In this document: positions 11,420 through 24,403 of the stretch, piece after piece
Numbering within the stretch: the first letter of the stretch is position 1
Layout of the letters: each line of letters opens with the position of its first letter
Source of the DNA: Coniocarpon cinnabarinum
Lineage: Eukaryota
Assembly (NCBI GenBank): GCA_051942205.1
Contig: JAVECO010000139.1
Coordinates: 1-63,339 of the forward strand
Reading direction: 5' to 3'
Length of the DNA stretch: 63,339 bases
Program-made: the position numbers and the translations under genes
Notes under the pieces: generated by a model
Seen by the model: only the letters and a program-made list of their open reading frames with translations
Database searches by the model: none
Told to the model about the DNA's origin: nothing

Positions 11420-14400
11420 CCCCTAATTTTCAATGCGGTCGCCCTCTCATACCGACGTGACTGCTATACTCGATTTTTACTGGCAGTCACTCTGAAGAAG
11501 ACCCACCGAGACGGCTCAGGTGGCATGCATGTGTACTGAGTACCGGTACATCAAGTTGCCACGGGCCGCTCGGGGGAGTCAACAGCCACGCGACGTATCG
11601 ACAGGCTTTACCTTTAAGGTGTGGTCTGACCGGTGGCGCACCTTGTGTCGCGATAGGATCAAGTCCTTCGCAATGCTCAATAGGCCATTGGCTGTCCCTT
11701 GGCAAGCCCCATTCCCATCATCAAAGAAAATGATGGTATCTTACTCAACGATCCTGGAGGATTCATTCGGGCTGTGGCGAGGATTGCGTAATCCGTTGTG
11801 ATCTGTCACGGAAGATGTCACAACAGCAACTGATGATGCGACTGGACGATGGTTGGTAATATAACGCAGCGCAGCGTTTCAAAGCCGAGTGCGGCACTCG
11901 TCAGCTCACGCATGCAGATCGTCAACAGTCACGTGCCGGACCGATGTGACGGCGAGACCATTGCACCGGGCTGGAACAGCTGCTGAAGACACAAGATTCG
12001 CAAGGAAGCAATGATGCCCAACATCTGCATTGACCAGAGCCAAAAACGATAATCCTTGCATTAATGCTTTGCCGTCCCTAAGTGGCAAGTGCCGCACTCG
12101 CAGACATAGTGGCCACGTGCTATGGCTTTGCAGATGTCCATTACTCTCCAGTACTCGGCACATTTTTGGCATCATTGTATTGATGAATGCATCCGTTAAT
12201 GAACAACTTATCGACAATACGCCTGTGTTTGCAGCGACCGGGTCTTTGATTTGGGGAGGCCGGGTTAACTTCGATCGGCTGGGACCAGGGTGTGAGAAGT
12301 CGGGGCATCAAGCCATTGGGATGCTGTCACACATCCCCGAAACATCACGTATTCGCCTATGACCTGCTCCTTCTAGAATTTGAGAATGTTTGGACTGAGT
12401 CACATCAGCGAGTTGTAAAAGGTTAGATATCAGGGTCAAGCGGAGGTAGCATCAGGATAATGCCAATACACAAGGCATCCGGAAACGGGTATGAGCTTCC
12501 GTAGGTCCGCGAGGGCCGCAGCGGAAGAGACCGGTGATGAGCGACAGGACGTGTCAGAGTCAACAGGAGGGACGATGATGCGCAGCCCGCGGACCAGAGC
12601 TCGGCGATGGTCTTGTGAGCAGCGCTGAAGATCAATGACCGTCCATCGCGATGAATAAGAGTGCGTCGGTGCTCGCGATTGTGTCAGAAACCAAAAAATT
12701 GGGATCGATGCATGGCGCTTGTGCGCTTAAAGTGCTCCACGCTGCAAGGATGGCACAGCACCCAGGTGCACCTGGATTTCGGCAATTCCCAGGCAGAGCC
12801 ATCGCTAGGATGCATCCTCGAGGTTGGCCTAGACGATGGTGAATCCCTACTCAGCGAAAATTTGAGTGTATAGAACAGGCATCGACACGTCACTGCAATG
12901 AGCTTCTGCCCAACGGCTTTCTACCACGACCAGCGCAATCAGCAACCCATTCCAGGCTTTTCAGATCTCGAGACAACAAATTCATCGACGGGCAAAAATA
13001 GCCTTTACCTAGCGTTGCGCTTCGGAGCTGCATGGACGGCAGATGCCACGCGACCATCTGCAGGCTCAGGGCAAGCCCGGCAAGGAAACGGTCTCAGATT
13101 GCCGCAATGCTGCTCAGGCTCCTTTCCACTGGCCGTTTCCTACTTGCTGTAATCACACCGAAAGTCACGGGAAGAGGTACCTATACATCTACTGCAAACA
13201 GCCGAGACATCACAGCATTGCCAATGTCGATTCGGATGATTGCGAACGCAGCAATGCGCTCAGATGATTCCTAGGTGCCATGGTGATACACGCGAAGGCA
13301 AGGGTCTCGAGCTAGGCCCATCGTCGTCCCCGGTTGCAGTGAACACAGTAATCCCATCTTCAAACACCCTCGCCGGCCCTCACGGCAGATTGTGCCAGAG
13401 GAATGGCTGTCTCGGCCCCTTCCGAAAGGCCACATTTCAGTTGAATTCATAGCGCCAGGCACCTTCCACACAACCAGACGGCCAGATCTGAGGACGACTG
13501 ACGGGGACCAATTTGACTTTGGGGTAGCCGAACAGAGTGTCGCGCCTCGGCGAGAGTCCAAGGAGATGCGCGGAAGTTTAAATCGCCCATCAGATCACTG
13601 GGCCTGGTGTCGTGACAAAATCTCCGAAGGGGCAAGACCAGACACGCGTGGGCTGGCGCGGGTGCTGAAGACGGGGAGGGTGCACGTTCCAACAACACGA
13701 CGCTTGCGCAGGAACGAGAGAAAGCCATCCACGCCGCACGCGAGGAAGAGCCGCTTACGCCGCTTTCAGGGCGGAGGACGACTGGAGCGGATGCGCGCTG
13801 ATCGGGGGATGAGAAGTTAGGGCCCGGAAGCCTCGTCTGGTGCGGTGGACGTGCCATGTGGGGGCGGGTTCTCTCCCCCCAAAAATGAAAGTGCTTTGTT
13901 AAACTTTTTCGATATCCGGGTCGGGTGTGTGTGGGCGAGAGTATTGCCTGATCGCGTCGCCGACGTCGACCTGAGCGTGGAAATGAGACGACAACGATTG
14001 GTTGGGCAGCAAGGCGCCGATGGAGGGACCGAAAGTGGTGACGGTTTTCGAGGGCAGTTCATTGACGGGCAAACGCGATAACTTCCAAAGATAGAGCCGC
14101 GCCCAAAGCCGAAGTCTATCTGCATGAGGCTTCCGCAAACGATGAGACATGCTCCGTATGGGTGTCTGTGGAGTGAGGGAGTGCGTGTGTGAGAGGCGAG
14201 CGCGTGAGCCAGCCAGCTCGAGTGAGGATCCGGAGCGGGCGAGCGATTCCCCAGTTCCGAGCACACGATGCTCGGTTCCTGCAACAGACGTTGGGCACGG
14301 GGAGGGCAGCGCGATGTAGCAGTACATCGCTCGTCGTGCGTCTGCGACAGTGACGCCGCGCAGCCTCTCGTCTGCCTTGGCCTGACTCGTCGCCCGCCCG

Positions 14401-14860
14401 AGGATACGTATGTGTCTTGGTTTCTCCAATGCTGGGAAAGGTCCACCGTCAAACCATTGTGAGAAGCAACGCCAGAAGGTATCCTTCGTGAGGAGTCTCT
14501 CCAATGCCATCCGCGTACGCACCCCTGCGAGGCAGCCAGGGGGGGGAGCAGGACGCGAGTAAGCTGGGCGAGGCGTCAGATTGCAGCACCGCTGTGCCGT
14601 GTCGGATGACATCAGGTGACGATGGGAGGGCCAGGGCTACACCAAAATTTTAGAGAACAAAAAATAAAATAATATTGCTGTGCAGCACTACTCGGCTTGC
14701 GTGTGCCAACATCCGGCCGGGCTGACGTTCATTTCACTCATTTCAGTGGCCCTTCCTTGATCTGGTTCGGTCGAGGGAAGCAGTGTGCCAGTCCACGCCC
14801 GTCATCCGCTGCTAACGTTCACCTCTTCTCTGCTCTGCTCTTCTCCTTCTGGCTCTCATG

Positions 14861-15648
14861 TTTCAGCATCATCCTTCCCGTCACTCCTTCCCTTTTCTCG
14901 CCCTCTCGCGTGTCTTCCCTCACTCTTCTTACTCCTTCCCTTTTAGCTCCCCCTCGTGGTCCCTTTCTGCCCTTTCGTGACCACGCTTTCTTTTTTCTCT
15001 TCCTTCCTTTCGGCGTTGTATTTTTACACATCTCTCATTCCGCCACACATCCTTGCATCCGCGTTTGACATCACGCACCGCCTACCACACCTATTTACTC
15101 CACCTCCGCCTCTCCCACCTCACCTCTGGCCAACGCCTCGTCACTTCCGTTTGTCCTTCCGCCCAGCCGTTGCCCGTCGACAAAGACACGTTTGCCTCTG
15201 ACAAATCCCACGTGAGACAATAACTTGGCGACGACATCCACAATCACTCGGTCATTCTTTTGCAATATCACCACCAGCACCAGCGACATCACCACCACAA
15301 GCACCAGCAAGTCCCACATCAGCAACAGCACCATCCACTTTGAAGCACTGTAACCCAGCAACACCCGTGACAAGTCACGAGACAACACGCTTTTCGGACA
15401 GACTCTGAGCACTTGGAATAGCAGCGGTATCACCCTCGGCAAAGGAGTATCCAAATCCCAGTCGGAGAGTCACCTGCATTCCACACGCACGCCAGCACGA
15501 AATACACCAGAGCCGAAGCCTTCCTGCGGTCACGCATCGAGCTTGCTTTGCGCGACAACCACTCCAAGCCACACCTGATCCACCGCGCGGCGTCGGCTGC
15601 ACAGTTTTGTGCAACGATCTCCTTCCCCGTTGACATTTCGTGAATTCA
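14861..15648 (+). promoter_or_regulatory. Pyrimidine-rich TSS region and long ATG-free 5' leader of the putative micropeptide gene
   Basis: CT-rich tract at 14820-15130, typical of fungal core promoters. No ATG on the + strand from 14861 up to the splice donor at 15650. Confidence 0.55.
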
Positions 15649-15891
15649 AGTACGTGGGTCCCGTCCCCCTTCCTTGCAGGAACTACATAAATTCTAGCTA
15701 GGGCTGCATCCCTCGTTTAAATATGTCAGAATTGGTCGCTCTTGTTCCCTGCGTCCTCTGCTGACTGAAAGCTTCGCGCTCTTACAGTGACCGTTCAGAA
15801 CACGATCGAAATGGCCAACTGTGGCCGCGGAGCATACGACACGACTGGCACGCCCAAACCAAAGCCGAACCCCCCGCGGCCCGACAAATGA
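15649..15891 (+). CDS. Putative 34-aa micropeptide MTVQNTIEMANCGRGAYDTTGTPKPKPNPPRPDK (exon 1 = A15649; intron 15650-15787; second in-frame ATG at 15811 gives 26 aa)
   Basis: GTACGT donor, GCTGAC branch and TTACAG acceptor. Splicing creates A|TG in frame with gaaATGG at 15811; TGA at 15889-15891. Confidence 0.6.
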
Positions 15892-17811
15892 CGGTCGTGC
15901 GTCCGCACAGCCGTATTCTCAGCATCTCTCTCACGCGCAGCTTCGAGTCAAGCACATCAAGGCTTCCAGCCTGCTGCACGAGCAGATGCGGACGACCGTT
16001 ATGACCCCTACGACTGTTTCGCTTCCCGTGTTCTGTGTTAATATCCCACCACTGCAAAAGTTTTTGAATTTCGCATCGCCGACCAGGATCTGGAAAACGC
16101 TGCGTGCATGGCACCAGTCATTATTTTGTAAGGTTGCAGATGGATCTGATCTCATGATGCAGAGCGCTAATTTTATGGAACCTGCAGGGACCCGCTAAAC
16201 CCTCTCGGCATCTCTCCTCCCCCTCCACACTCACACTCCCTCCTAACATCTCAACCTTATGGACGTTTCCCGACTGCATCGTCGCATTCGCCTTCTCCGT
16301 AGCAATCCCTTGGTTCGTTCCGGCAAGACGACGACAACTACGACCGGCTTCTTGATCGCGTGATCAACTCTCGGCATCCATCGTTGTGGACATCAATTCG
16401 CGGGTCGTTTGTTGTCCCACCGGTTACGCTACCACCCCTTCCGTCTGCTCTTATCGCTCTGCCGGTTTTGTTTGGCACGGTTTTCTGGCGTTTGTCGCGC
16501 AACACAAAAAGTTACTTTGATTGGCGTTTTGGGTCTAGAGACATAGCGCTCACGCGCATCTGCAAAAATCACGTTTAATATCACATCTTGTTCATCCACG
16601 TGAGTCACGGAGCACCACGCTCATCACGGGATTGGCTCTTCTTATCACTGCATCTGGGTCAAGAAAATCATGGTCACAGCCATGGCATCTTCACCGCTCT
16701 TTCGGCATTCCCGAGTTGAGGGTGTTCAATGGAGCGTCGGGCGTCACTGGACCAGCACAAGGCTCGAATGCTTGACTCGCAGGGGACGCCAACACGCTGA
16801 TAGCGCAAGCGCACTGGGCGACACGTGGGTGGGACGGCACGCGGCTGAGTGTGTCAATGTATTAGTACTACTGCGGTTTGGCAGTTGACATTTTTGCTTT
16901 GGTTTTTGCGTTTGGGATGGGACCTCGGGCTGGCCGCGACCAGCACCAGAGAGGGCGAGAAAACACACTTTAGATTGTACTACTAGCATTTGCCTCGAGC
17001 CTCCACGGGCCAGCGAAGATACCCTTGTACTGAATGGAATTGATTTTGATGATGGATGCGATGCTGACGTCTTGCATTCGCCGTGCCTCGTCGTGGCTCT
17101 TGCCGACGACACGACACGACACAATACGACAGGACAGGTGACCAATCTCTCCACATGGACACCTACCCCACGTGCTCGCGTCCTTGATTGGTAACTCGGT
17201 GTTGCGAGCGCTTCGGGACGGGAGACGTTCGCTCGTTCGCTGCAACTCTCGATGCCCGCATGACTGGGGGATCATCTGATCCTGAGTCGTTTATTTCCGT
17301 GGTGTTCTGCACTGCGCTACGCTGCGCTGCGCTGCACCCGGTTTCGCGACAGGATTCCCGCTTGAGCGCCACGTGAGCTTTTGAGGGTTCCGAGTGGAGA
17401 TGCTGGCGTATGTGCTTGAGTAAGGTGTTTCGGACGGTTCCCGGCGTTGTTGCGGGTGTGTGGTGGGTGTTGTGCTGGACGGTGGTGATCGGCTCTGTGT
17501 TGTATTGACACCCTGTCCAGTGCACAATTCATTGAGGAGTGGATATCCTGCCATCTGGTCAGGCTGCAGCGACGACGCTGTTGCAATTGAACGGGACAGC
17601 TAGCTCGACTCATTGGCTCGTAGACGCTGTAGAGCCTGTGCGTCCCGTCCTGTCACCACGACCGCGACCTGTACTCGTTGCAAGTCGCTTGAGCCAACCG
17701 CATCACCCACACTGAGCCCTCCACACGAAATCACCAGGCACTCGCGCCCTCCAGCGCCCCTCCACCGAACGTGCCCAGCAGAATTTCCAGGGCAATCCCC
17801 AGCTACTTAGA

Positions 17812-18724
17812 ATGGCACAAATCAACTACCGCACCATCAACGTCGACGCCTACGACCCCGAGAGTCCCCAAAACTTCGACCTCGCCACGCTTGCGCCCTC
17901 CGTCGTTCCCGTGTCCACCGCAGACGTGCAGAACACGGCGGTGCAGATACGGCAGTTGCTTCGGAGTGGCGATTCCGAGGGCGCGCTGCGGAGTGCGCTT
18001 GAGATGGCGCCGTTTGGCGCTGAGGCCGCTGGGAAGGTGAGTTTGATCTCGTGTTTCCGACGTGGTTGCGACTTGGACTCTGGCGCGGCTGGAGTTGAGA
18101 AACCGGCAAGTGTGCAAGACGACATGAGAGAGACGGTGGATGAAGCATGATAGTAAATGTGGAGACAGGATGGAGAGTCTTGAATGGTACAAAACTAACA
18201 ACACCAGGATGTCCACACGCAACTCCTGATCGAAATCCTCCAATCGATCCGCGCGTCCGACATGTCGCCCCTCCTCTCGCGATTGTATCAAAGCCCGGGT
18301 GGACCGGAACTGCTCGATACGCTGATGAAATATCTCTACAAAGGCATGGGTGCTGGGGCTGGGGCTGGAGGAGCCGGGGGGAGTAAAAGTAGGGGAAATC
18401 TGACGCCGCAGGGGACGGGGTTTAGTCAGATTGGGGGAAGGCCTTCCACCGGCGATGGTGGGGGGATGAGTGTGCTTTTGAGTTGGCATGAGAAGGTATG
18501 TCGTTCTTTTTGTTCTGGGAAGGGCGTGAGGGGGTTCGTTGGTGACGGGGTTAGTAGACCCATGAGTGGTGGGATGCGGAAGCGATGCTTGCTTGTTGCA
18601 GAGGATTGAAAGGGTTGGGGTCGAAGTCAAAGTGAAAGTATGCGCTGACGCGTTGTTCCAGCTTGTGGAGCTTGCCGGTCCAGGCAGTATATTGAGAGTA
18701 ATGACGGATCGCCGAACAGTCTGA
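17812..18724 (+). CDS. ARC15: Arp2/3 complex subunit 5 (3 exons: 17812-18036, 18208-18495, 18662-18724)
   Basis: NYRTINVDAYDPE, DTLMKYLYKGM, SVLLSWHEK|LVE.AGPGSILRVMTDRRTV*. Confidence 0.95.
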
Positions 18725-19640
18725 TGTCAACCTCTGAGATGAGAGTCCACAAACGAGGACCACACCCACAATCGACGCCCGCGACATTCGCGCCACGCCT
18801 TCTTCTCGATTCGAGCTTCGAGAGCGAGCCGTTCGTGATCTGAGCGTGACGCTGCTCCAACAGGAGGACTGGAGAATCCGATCAGAACACTGCAAGCCTC
18901 CCACTGATGGGAGACAGCGAAGACCATTAAAGCACTATGCAGCGGCTGGAGGATTCCACTGGAGATGAACCCTCTAAATGAGACTTATGCTGGCGCTCGG
19001 GAATGAGCTGGGTCTGGGTCTGGGTCGGGGTCGCTAACAAGCGAGCGGCATTCGCAAGAAGTCAAAAGCCCGTCACAAGAGCCGGGATCCATCCTGTACA
19101 CCACGACAGAGCTACGGGATTGATAGAAGAATAGATATGACTGTCGGTCGACGAAATGAAAAGCCAATGCGCATTAGAAGATAGTATCTCTCCCAGGAGG
19201 CTTCAGATGCTCAGTCGTCACGTCTGACGCGATTACACGTCTCCTGTTTATCCTACAGTAATGATGCAAATAAAGGTATGTTGACGCTGCGTCAGTGTCA
19301 TCGCAGATGTCCTTGACTCTATCGCTTGAAATGCGTATTAGAATCATGTTCAAGAATCATATTCAGGAACCATGTTCAAGAATCGTTGATTGGAAGCGTG
19401 AATTTCTCATTTGAACGCTGCGTTCTGCGCTTCGTCATTAGTTGTTACATCGCCTTGCCTGATCTCGTTTCTTCTCGTGGCTTCATGGCTTTGATGACAA
19501 TGCTATCAACTGACGGATATCTCTCAAAGCATTTCTATTGAGTCATAGGTATCGTACAACGCGTGCATTGAAGCTGCGTGAGTGAGACTTTGGGTATACT
19601 CTCGTGTCCTCACAACCAAGCATGCCTGCTGTCTACCTCT

Positions 19641-21031
19641 TCACACTCCGGGAACACCCACCCACTCCCGCATCCCCTCGAATCCTCTAACGCCTCCATA
19701 CACACTCCATAACCCGCACCCTGCGACCAAAAGCGCACTCCCCTTCTCGACCCAGGTATGGAAAAATGCGGCGGTCATGAGGAGCATCCACCAGCTTAGT
19801 ACCAGAATCGCACTGGTGATGTAAAGTGCGTAGTCCTTTAGTTGCGTGGTCAGTGGTTTCTCGAGCGGTCTTTTTGCGTTTGTGGAATCCGTGGACGGTG
19901 AATTGGAGGCTTTGAGACGCGTCGCACGGCGTGTGGCGTAGCTGTGAGTAGGCGTTTGCACTTCTCCGTCTTGTTCATGCTCGTCTTCCAGATTTGGGGT
20001 CGCGTCGGTTTCGAGCGGTGTCGTTTTTCCATTTTGCCGTATCAGTCGGCCGCTTGTTAATCCCCTCACCCATGGGAGGACAATCGGCAAGACCTCGAGG
20101 AAGAGCATCCCGCTTCCTAGCACCAAGAGGAATACATGTCCACTGATGTCCAAGCCACCGGCGATCCGTCCGCCCTTTCGCCGACATTGCGCGTGGCTTT
20201 TCACGAGCAGCGTTTCGTGTGAATTCTGGGAGAAGACGCATGCACCGCCGGTCAGTCGGACAACGCGTTCGATGAGACTGACGCCTAGGAAGGATTGCGT
20301 GATGCAATACCAATATCCGGTCAGGATCGCCCAGCGGAGGAGCGTTTGATAGATCCGTCGCAAACGGGCGTCTTGTTCTTCTCTCTTCTCTGAGTCTGAC
20401 ATCTCGCTTAATCTCTTCGCCTTCTCCTCAAGTACCCTGACTCTTCTATTCACCACCTCCTCCCTCCTTCTGACACTCCGACTCCTCCCGCCTCCATTCG
20501 AGTCTTCAGTGGAGTCGTCGGTCTTGGAGTCAAAGCCGAGTGTCATGGTCGCGAAGCCGACGTCGATTGCGCGACGCCCGCGAGAGGCTAGGGCTGTGAA
20601 AAGGAACAAAGAGAGTGTGATCCAGAACCAGCCGAGCTTGACGAAGTAGCGGTTCAGGATGTTGGATTTGGTCGCGAAATACGAAGGTGCGAGTGAGGGT
20701 GGTTGGTAAGATTGGTGGAGTTGGGAGTAGGTTGATTGGGTCTGCGGGGGGTATAGCTGTAATTTATTAGCACACCTGTTACTCTTTGAACGGAGAGCAG
20801 AGGGAAAAGAAAGTAGGGAGAGAGGGTGGAACGTACCCATGGTGAGAAGGTGGAAAAGAGAGAGCCCAATATCAGTGTGAGGGGGTATAAAGCAAGTAAT
20901 GTTGCTTCAAGTGGCGTCGGTAAAAAGGGTGATTGTAGGCTTGATTGCGACTGTGAAAGTGTTGCGACTGAAGAGGCGAGTTTTGAGGTTGGCGAGGAGG
21001 GAGCGCCATTGGCGCGTTTGCGCGTTGACAT
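19641..21031 (-). CDS. SCS3: FIT family acyl-CoA diphosphatase / Scs3-like ER membrane protein (2 exons: 21031-20837, 20756-19641)
   Basis: YFATKSNILNRYFVKLGWFW, GLDISGHVFLL and MTAAFFHTWVEK catalytic-His motifs. Confidence 0.9.
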
Positions 21032-21667
21032 TGTTGCGCGCTTTGTTCGAGTGCCGGGTCGAGGCGCTGGAACAAGACTCTTGAAACGTTCAGAGGAGCA
21101 TGGAGAAGAGCGGAAGGACTGCGAGGGGGATTTTGAGGTTGAGATGAGGAAGCGCACGGAGGCGCGTGGAAGGCGGCGTGAATCTCGTCGCCTGGACTAT
21201 GTTAACTTCCATTAGTTGAAGGTGAAGGTTGCGCGCGATGTGATGTCACTGTTTATGGGTAGGGTACGATATTTATCGGTGAATTTTGAAGGTAGCGCCG
21301 TGTGCCCTTTTGCTTCTAAGGAGAAGAGATGGACGTGGACACATGTGGCGCCTATACCACACATATGTAGAAGCGACCGCTTCCTGTTCCTTCTATCAAC
21401 TAGAAATAGACCCTCCAAGACAGACAAACGGACGTGGAACATTGTCGAGCACATGCATGGAGGCAGGGAAAAGCTTCGGCGAGATAGGGAACATGCTGTC
21501 CAATGGTCATTGACAATTGATCAGTCATACATTCCGATGCTATCTAGTATACAAGCTACAATAACCGAAACCAAGACAGGGGAAAAAATTACGAGTCTGG
21601 ATCACAGTTTCATTTGCTGACACACCCCGGTTCGCCACTTTGGTCCAGTGTAAGCTCCTTAGGCCTC

Positions 21668-23554
21668 TCACCAAAAGCCAGCGTACTTGGACACATCCAG
21701 ACCGGTCTCCCACTCTGGCTTACCCGGCTTCTCTGGCCTGGGCTCTTGATTTGGCTGGAATGTAGGCGCATCTGGTCTGTATTTGGTCACAGGAGTGCCA
21801 CGTGTCTGTGAACCCTCATTCTGATCAGTTGGATTGCCCATTTGTTGCTGAGATGTGGACAATGATGGCATGCGTTGCTGTGGCCAATCAGACTTTGGTC
21901 CTGTAGGCGCTCGAGCGAGAGGATCCTTGGTGGCAGGCGATGAGTTGGAGACGTCCTGCCTTGGGCTGGCAGTTGGTCCTGCACGGGTGAGAGTTCGACC
22001 GCGTTGCTGGTCTTGCGTAGCAGGATGGAAGGACTTATGCGGAAGCGCTGCTGGACCAGACGTTACCGATTCTGGCTCTGCAACATTCTGAGACGCTCCA
22101 GTCACGTGTTGTGACGGCGTGGTCTCGCGTTCGTGCTGTGCGAGTTGCTCATTTACCTTGTCAAAGTCCTCGATCCAGTCACGATTCGCTAGCGGTTTGA
22201 CTTGGTGGGAGATCTTCTTGTATTTGTCGGGATGGGCACTGCCGTCGGAGATCGTTGTGTCCTTTGCGCGCTCGTCAGCTTTCCAGTCTTTGACTGGCTC
22301 CGAAGCTTTGGCGGCGTCGCTGTCATTAGTCTCGGATCGTTTGCCCCGTATTGTCTGGATGCTAGAAGTATCAAAACCAGGCTGATCCGTGAGCTCTGTC
22401 TGACTAGCAGAGGACGGTTGGGTCTGCGAGGTCGAAAACAGATGAGCAAATCGGGATGGCTTGTTTGGCGTCGTAAGTGGCGAGTTTCCAGACTTCGCAG
22501 AGCGGTCCCCAGAGGCAGTTGGACGGTCTTCAAGGACATTCACATTGTCCGTATGCCCGACTGGTTTCGTTGCATCCACGGCCTCCCCAGCTACGCCGCG
22601 ATGGTCTTCTTCAGGTGCAAGCGATGAGGATTGCTCTTCTTCAGCTTGCTTCGCCAAATGCGCACGTATTCCAGTCCCGTCGATCTTCTGACTGAGTGTC
22701 TCCACGAGCTTGATGAACTTGATGAACGTCCCACGATCCACAGCCATTTGGCGCTCCAAGGCCTCAAGCGCGCGGCCCCAATTCTGGTATTGCGCCTCAT
22801 TGACCTGGAATGCAGGACCAGCGAGGAGTCGGTCGATCTTTTCTTCAAGTTGCTGGTGCTTCGCCGATGTGACTTTGTTCAGTGCGTCTGTTTTCAGGTT
22901 CTGGAAGGATTGCTCAACCTGTCGTTGCCAAGCTCCAATATTCCGAATGTCTTGAATGGAATCTTGGTACGTCTCCAACTTCGAAATGAGATCTTGCAAG
23001 CTTTTCTCTGCCTTGCCAGTGGACTCCTGGTGGGCCTGATCGACTTGTTTGAGTTTTACTTCCAGCATGCTTATATTCTCTTTGATGTCACCAACGCGTC
23101 CAGACAGATCTGTGTCGTGTTTTTGTCCGTGCTCATGAGCTTTGAGTCTTGCATCAATGCTGCTGTCCGAGCTGAGTTTCTGATGAAGATGTTCGTCAAC
23201 CCACGATTGTACACGAGCTTCGGTGACCTGCTGTTTGGTCATTGCGTCCTTCCGCTTTTTGAATGGAGCATCTACATTCCCGGCAGATGCCTGGAAGTCC
23301 GGGAAACAGATATTTGCTGGGATTGTAGAGGTCTGTCGAAGGAGGAGCCAGGCGATCAAAGAGATGAGAATGACTGTTGCCAGAAAACGGTCCCATGGAT
23401 GGACGAGCCCAGCGATGATGGACTGTACTTGATTGAGGATATCTCCAGTTTTGTTTCCCTTGCTTGTGTCTTCGATGGTGCTTGTCAACTTCTCCATGAC
23501 TTCTGGGGTTGGCTGCGGATTAGTCGCGACACTAAAAAGCTTGGTAAACCACAT
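21668..23554 (-). CDS. Orphan protein: single N-proximal TM, long coiled coil, disordered S/T/P/Q-rich tail; probable 5'-UTR intron ~23723-23656
   Basis: ~628-aa intronless ORF; TM FLATVILISLIAWLLL; heptads at ~aa 150-300; GTGAGT...GACTAA...CAG upstream of the ATG. Confidence 0.75.
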   Translation of the reverse strand: MWFTKLFSVATNPQPTPEVMEKLTSTIEDTSKGNKTGDILNQVQSIIAGLVHPWDRFLATVILISLIAWLLLRQTSTIPANICFPDFQASAGNVDAPFKKRKDAMTKQQVTEARVQSWVDEHLHQKLSSDSSIDARLKAHEHGQKHDTDLSGRVGDIKENISMLEVKLKQVDQAHQESTGKAEKSLQDLISKLETYQDSIQDIRNIGAWQRQVEQSFQNLKTDALNKVTSAKHQQLEEKIDRLLAGPAFQVNEAQYQNWGRALEALERQMAVDRGTFIKFIKLVETLSQKIDGTGIRAHLAKQAEEEQSSSLAPEEDHRGVAGEAVDATKPVGHTDNVNVLEDRPTASGDRSAKSGNSPLTTPNKPSRFAHLFSTSQTQPSSASQTELTDQPGFDTSSIQTIRGKRSETNDSDAAKASEPVKDWKADERAKDTTISDGSAHPDKYKKISHQVKPLANRDWIEDFDKVNEQLAQHERETTPSQHVTGASQNVAEPESVTSGPAALPHKSFHPATQDQQRGRTLTRAGPTASPRQDVSNSSPATKDPLARAPTGPKSDWPQQRMPSLSTSQQQMGNPTDQNEGSQTRGTPVTKYRPDAPTFQPNQEPRPEKPGKPEWETGLDVSKYAGFW

Positions 23555-24403
23555 GATTTTTGGCAACAATTTGTTGCTGAATGTCGGTGGCAGATGGTTT
23601 TTGAAGCTTTGGACGTTGTTACTCTGGAATGGTGATCCAAAACGATGTACGTGACTGAGATTGTTTAGTCAAGCGTGTTCCTTGGCTTCAGACGGCGATC
23701 AACAAAGGAAAACGTAGACTCACGAGAGCCGTGTGATATCCTGCAAGTGAATTTTCGGAACAGTTGTTAGGACTCAGGTATGCTCGATACAGCTTGGGTC
23801 TGTTCAAGGATACTGATTTGAATGGCAAGTTACTACTGAGAGTGGTTGAGGAAGTTTCTTGGTCGTGAAGCAAAGGCAAGGACACGAAACGGTCAGTTGG
23901 ATTTCACATGTCCGCGCAGTAGAGGTGAAAGGTGTTGAAGACTGACAGATGACTCAGGACGAATAAATAAGTCACGGGATCAATTCCGTGCATTGATGAC
24001 AAGGTTTGCTTCGTGAAGAATTGGGCAAACAACTGACTAAGGTGTTCAAGTCGAGCTGCAAAATCTGATCGTCTATCAATGAAGTTTGCCTTCTCTTTTG
24101 TGGATAATCTTTACGTCATGACGGATGTGAGCAGCTGATATGTTGCTACCCGCTATTACCAGGCACATATCTTACTCTATCCACGCAAATCCAACTTGAG
24201 CAGGCTATGATCCAAAACGAAAACCGACTATCGTGTTACAATACCACGCGAGTTGAGAGTGTTTGCTTCAATCTGTTACCTGAGATGTCCATCTGCAAGA
24301 ATTTGTCACAAATACAGAACACCAGATCGGCCCCGAAGCATTGCCCGACAGAGCGGCTAGACAAGCACCATGCATGGTACAACGCTCATTATCTCTCCAA
24401 CAC

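Noticed and set aside
13392..14612. Overlapping 130-240 aa ORFs on both strands
   Set aside because: Arg/Pro/Ser-rich with no motifs or splice logic; consistent with chance ORFs in GC-rich regulatory DNA.
14800..17000. Telomerase RNA or TPP riboswitch as an explanation for the spliced region
   Set aside because: No TAACCCTAA-type template and no TPP aptamer core found by eye; an Rfam scan would settle it.
22631..23635. 334-aa hydrophobic ORF on +
   Set aside because: Antisense shadow of the coiled-coil gene at 21668-23554.
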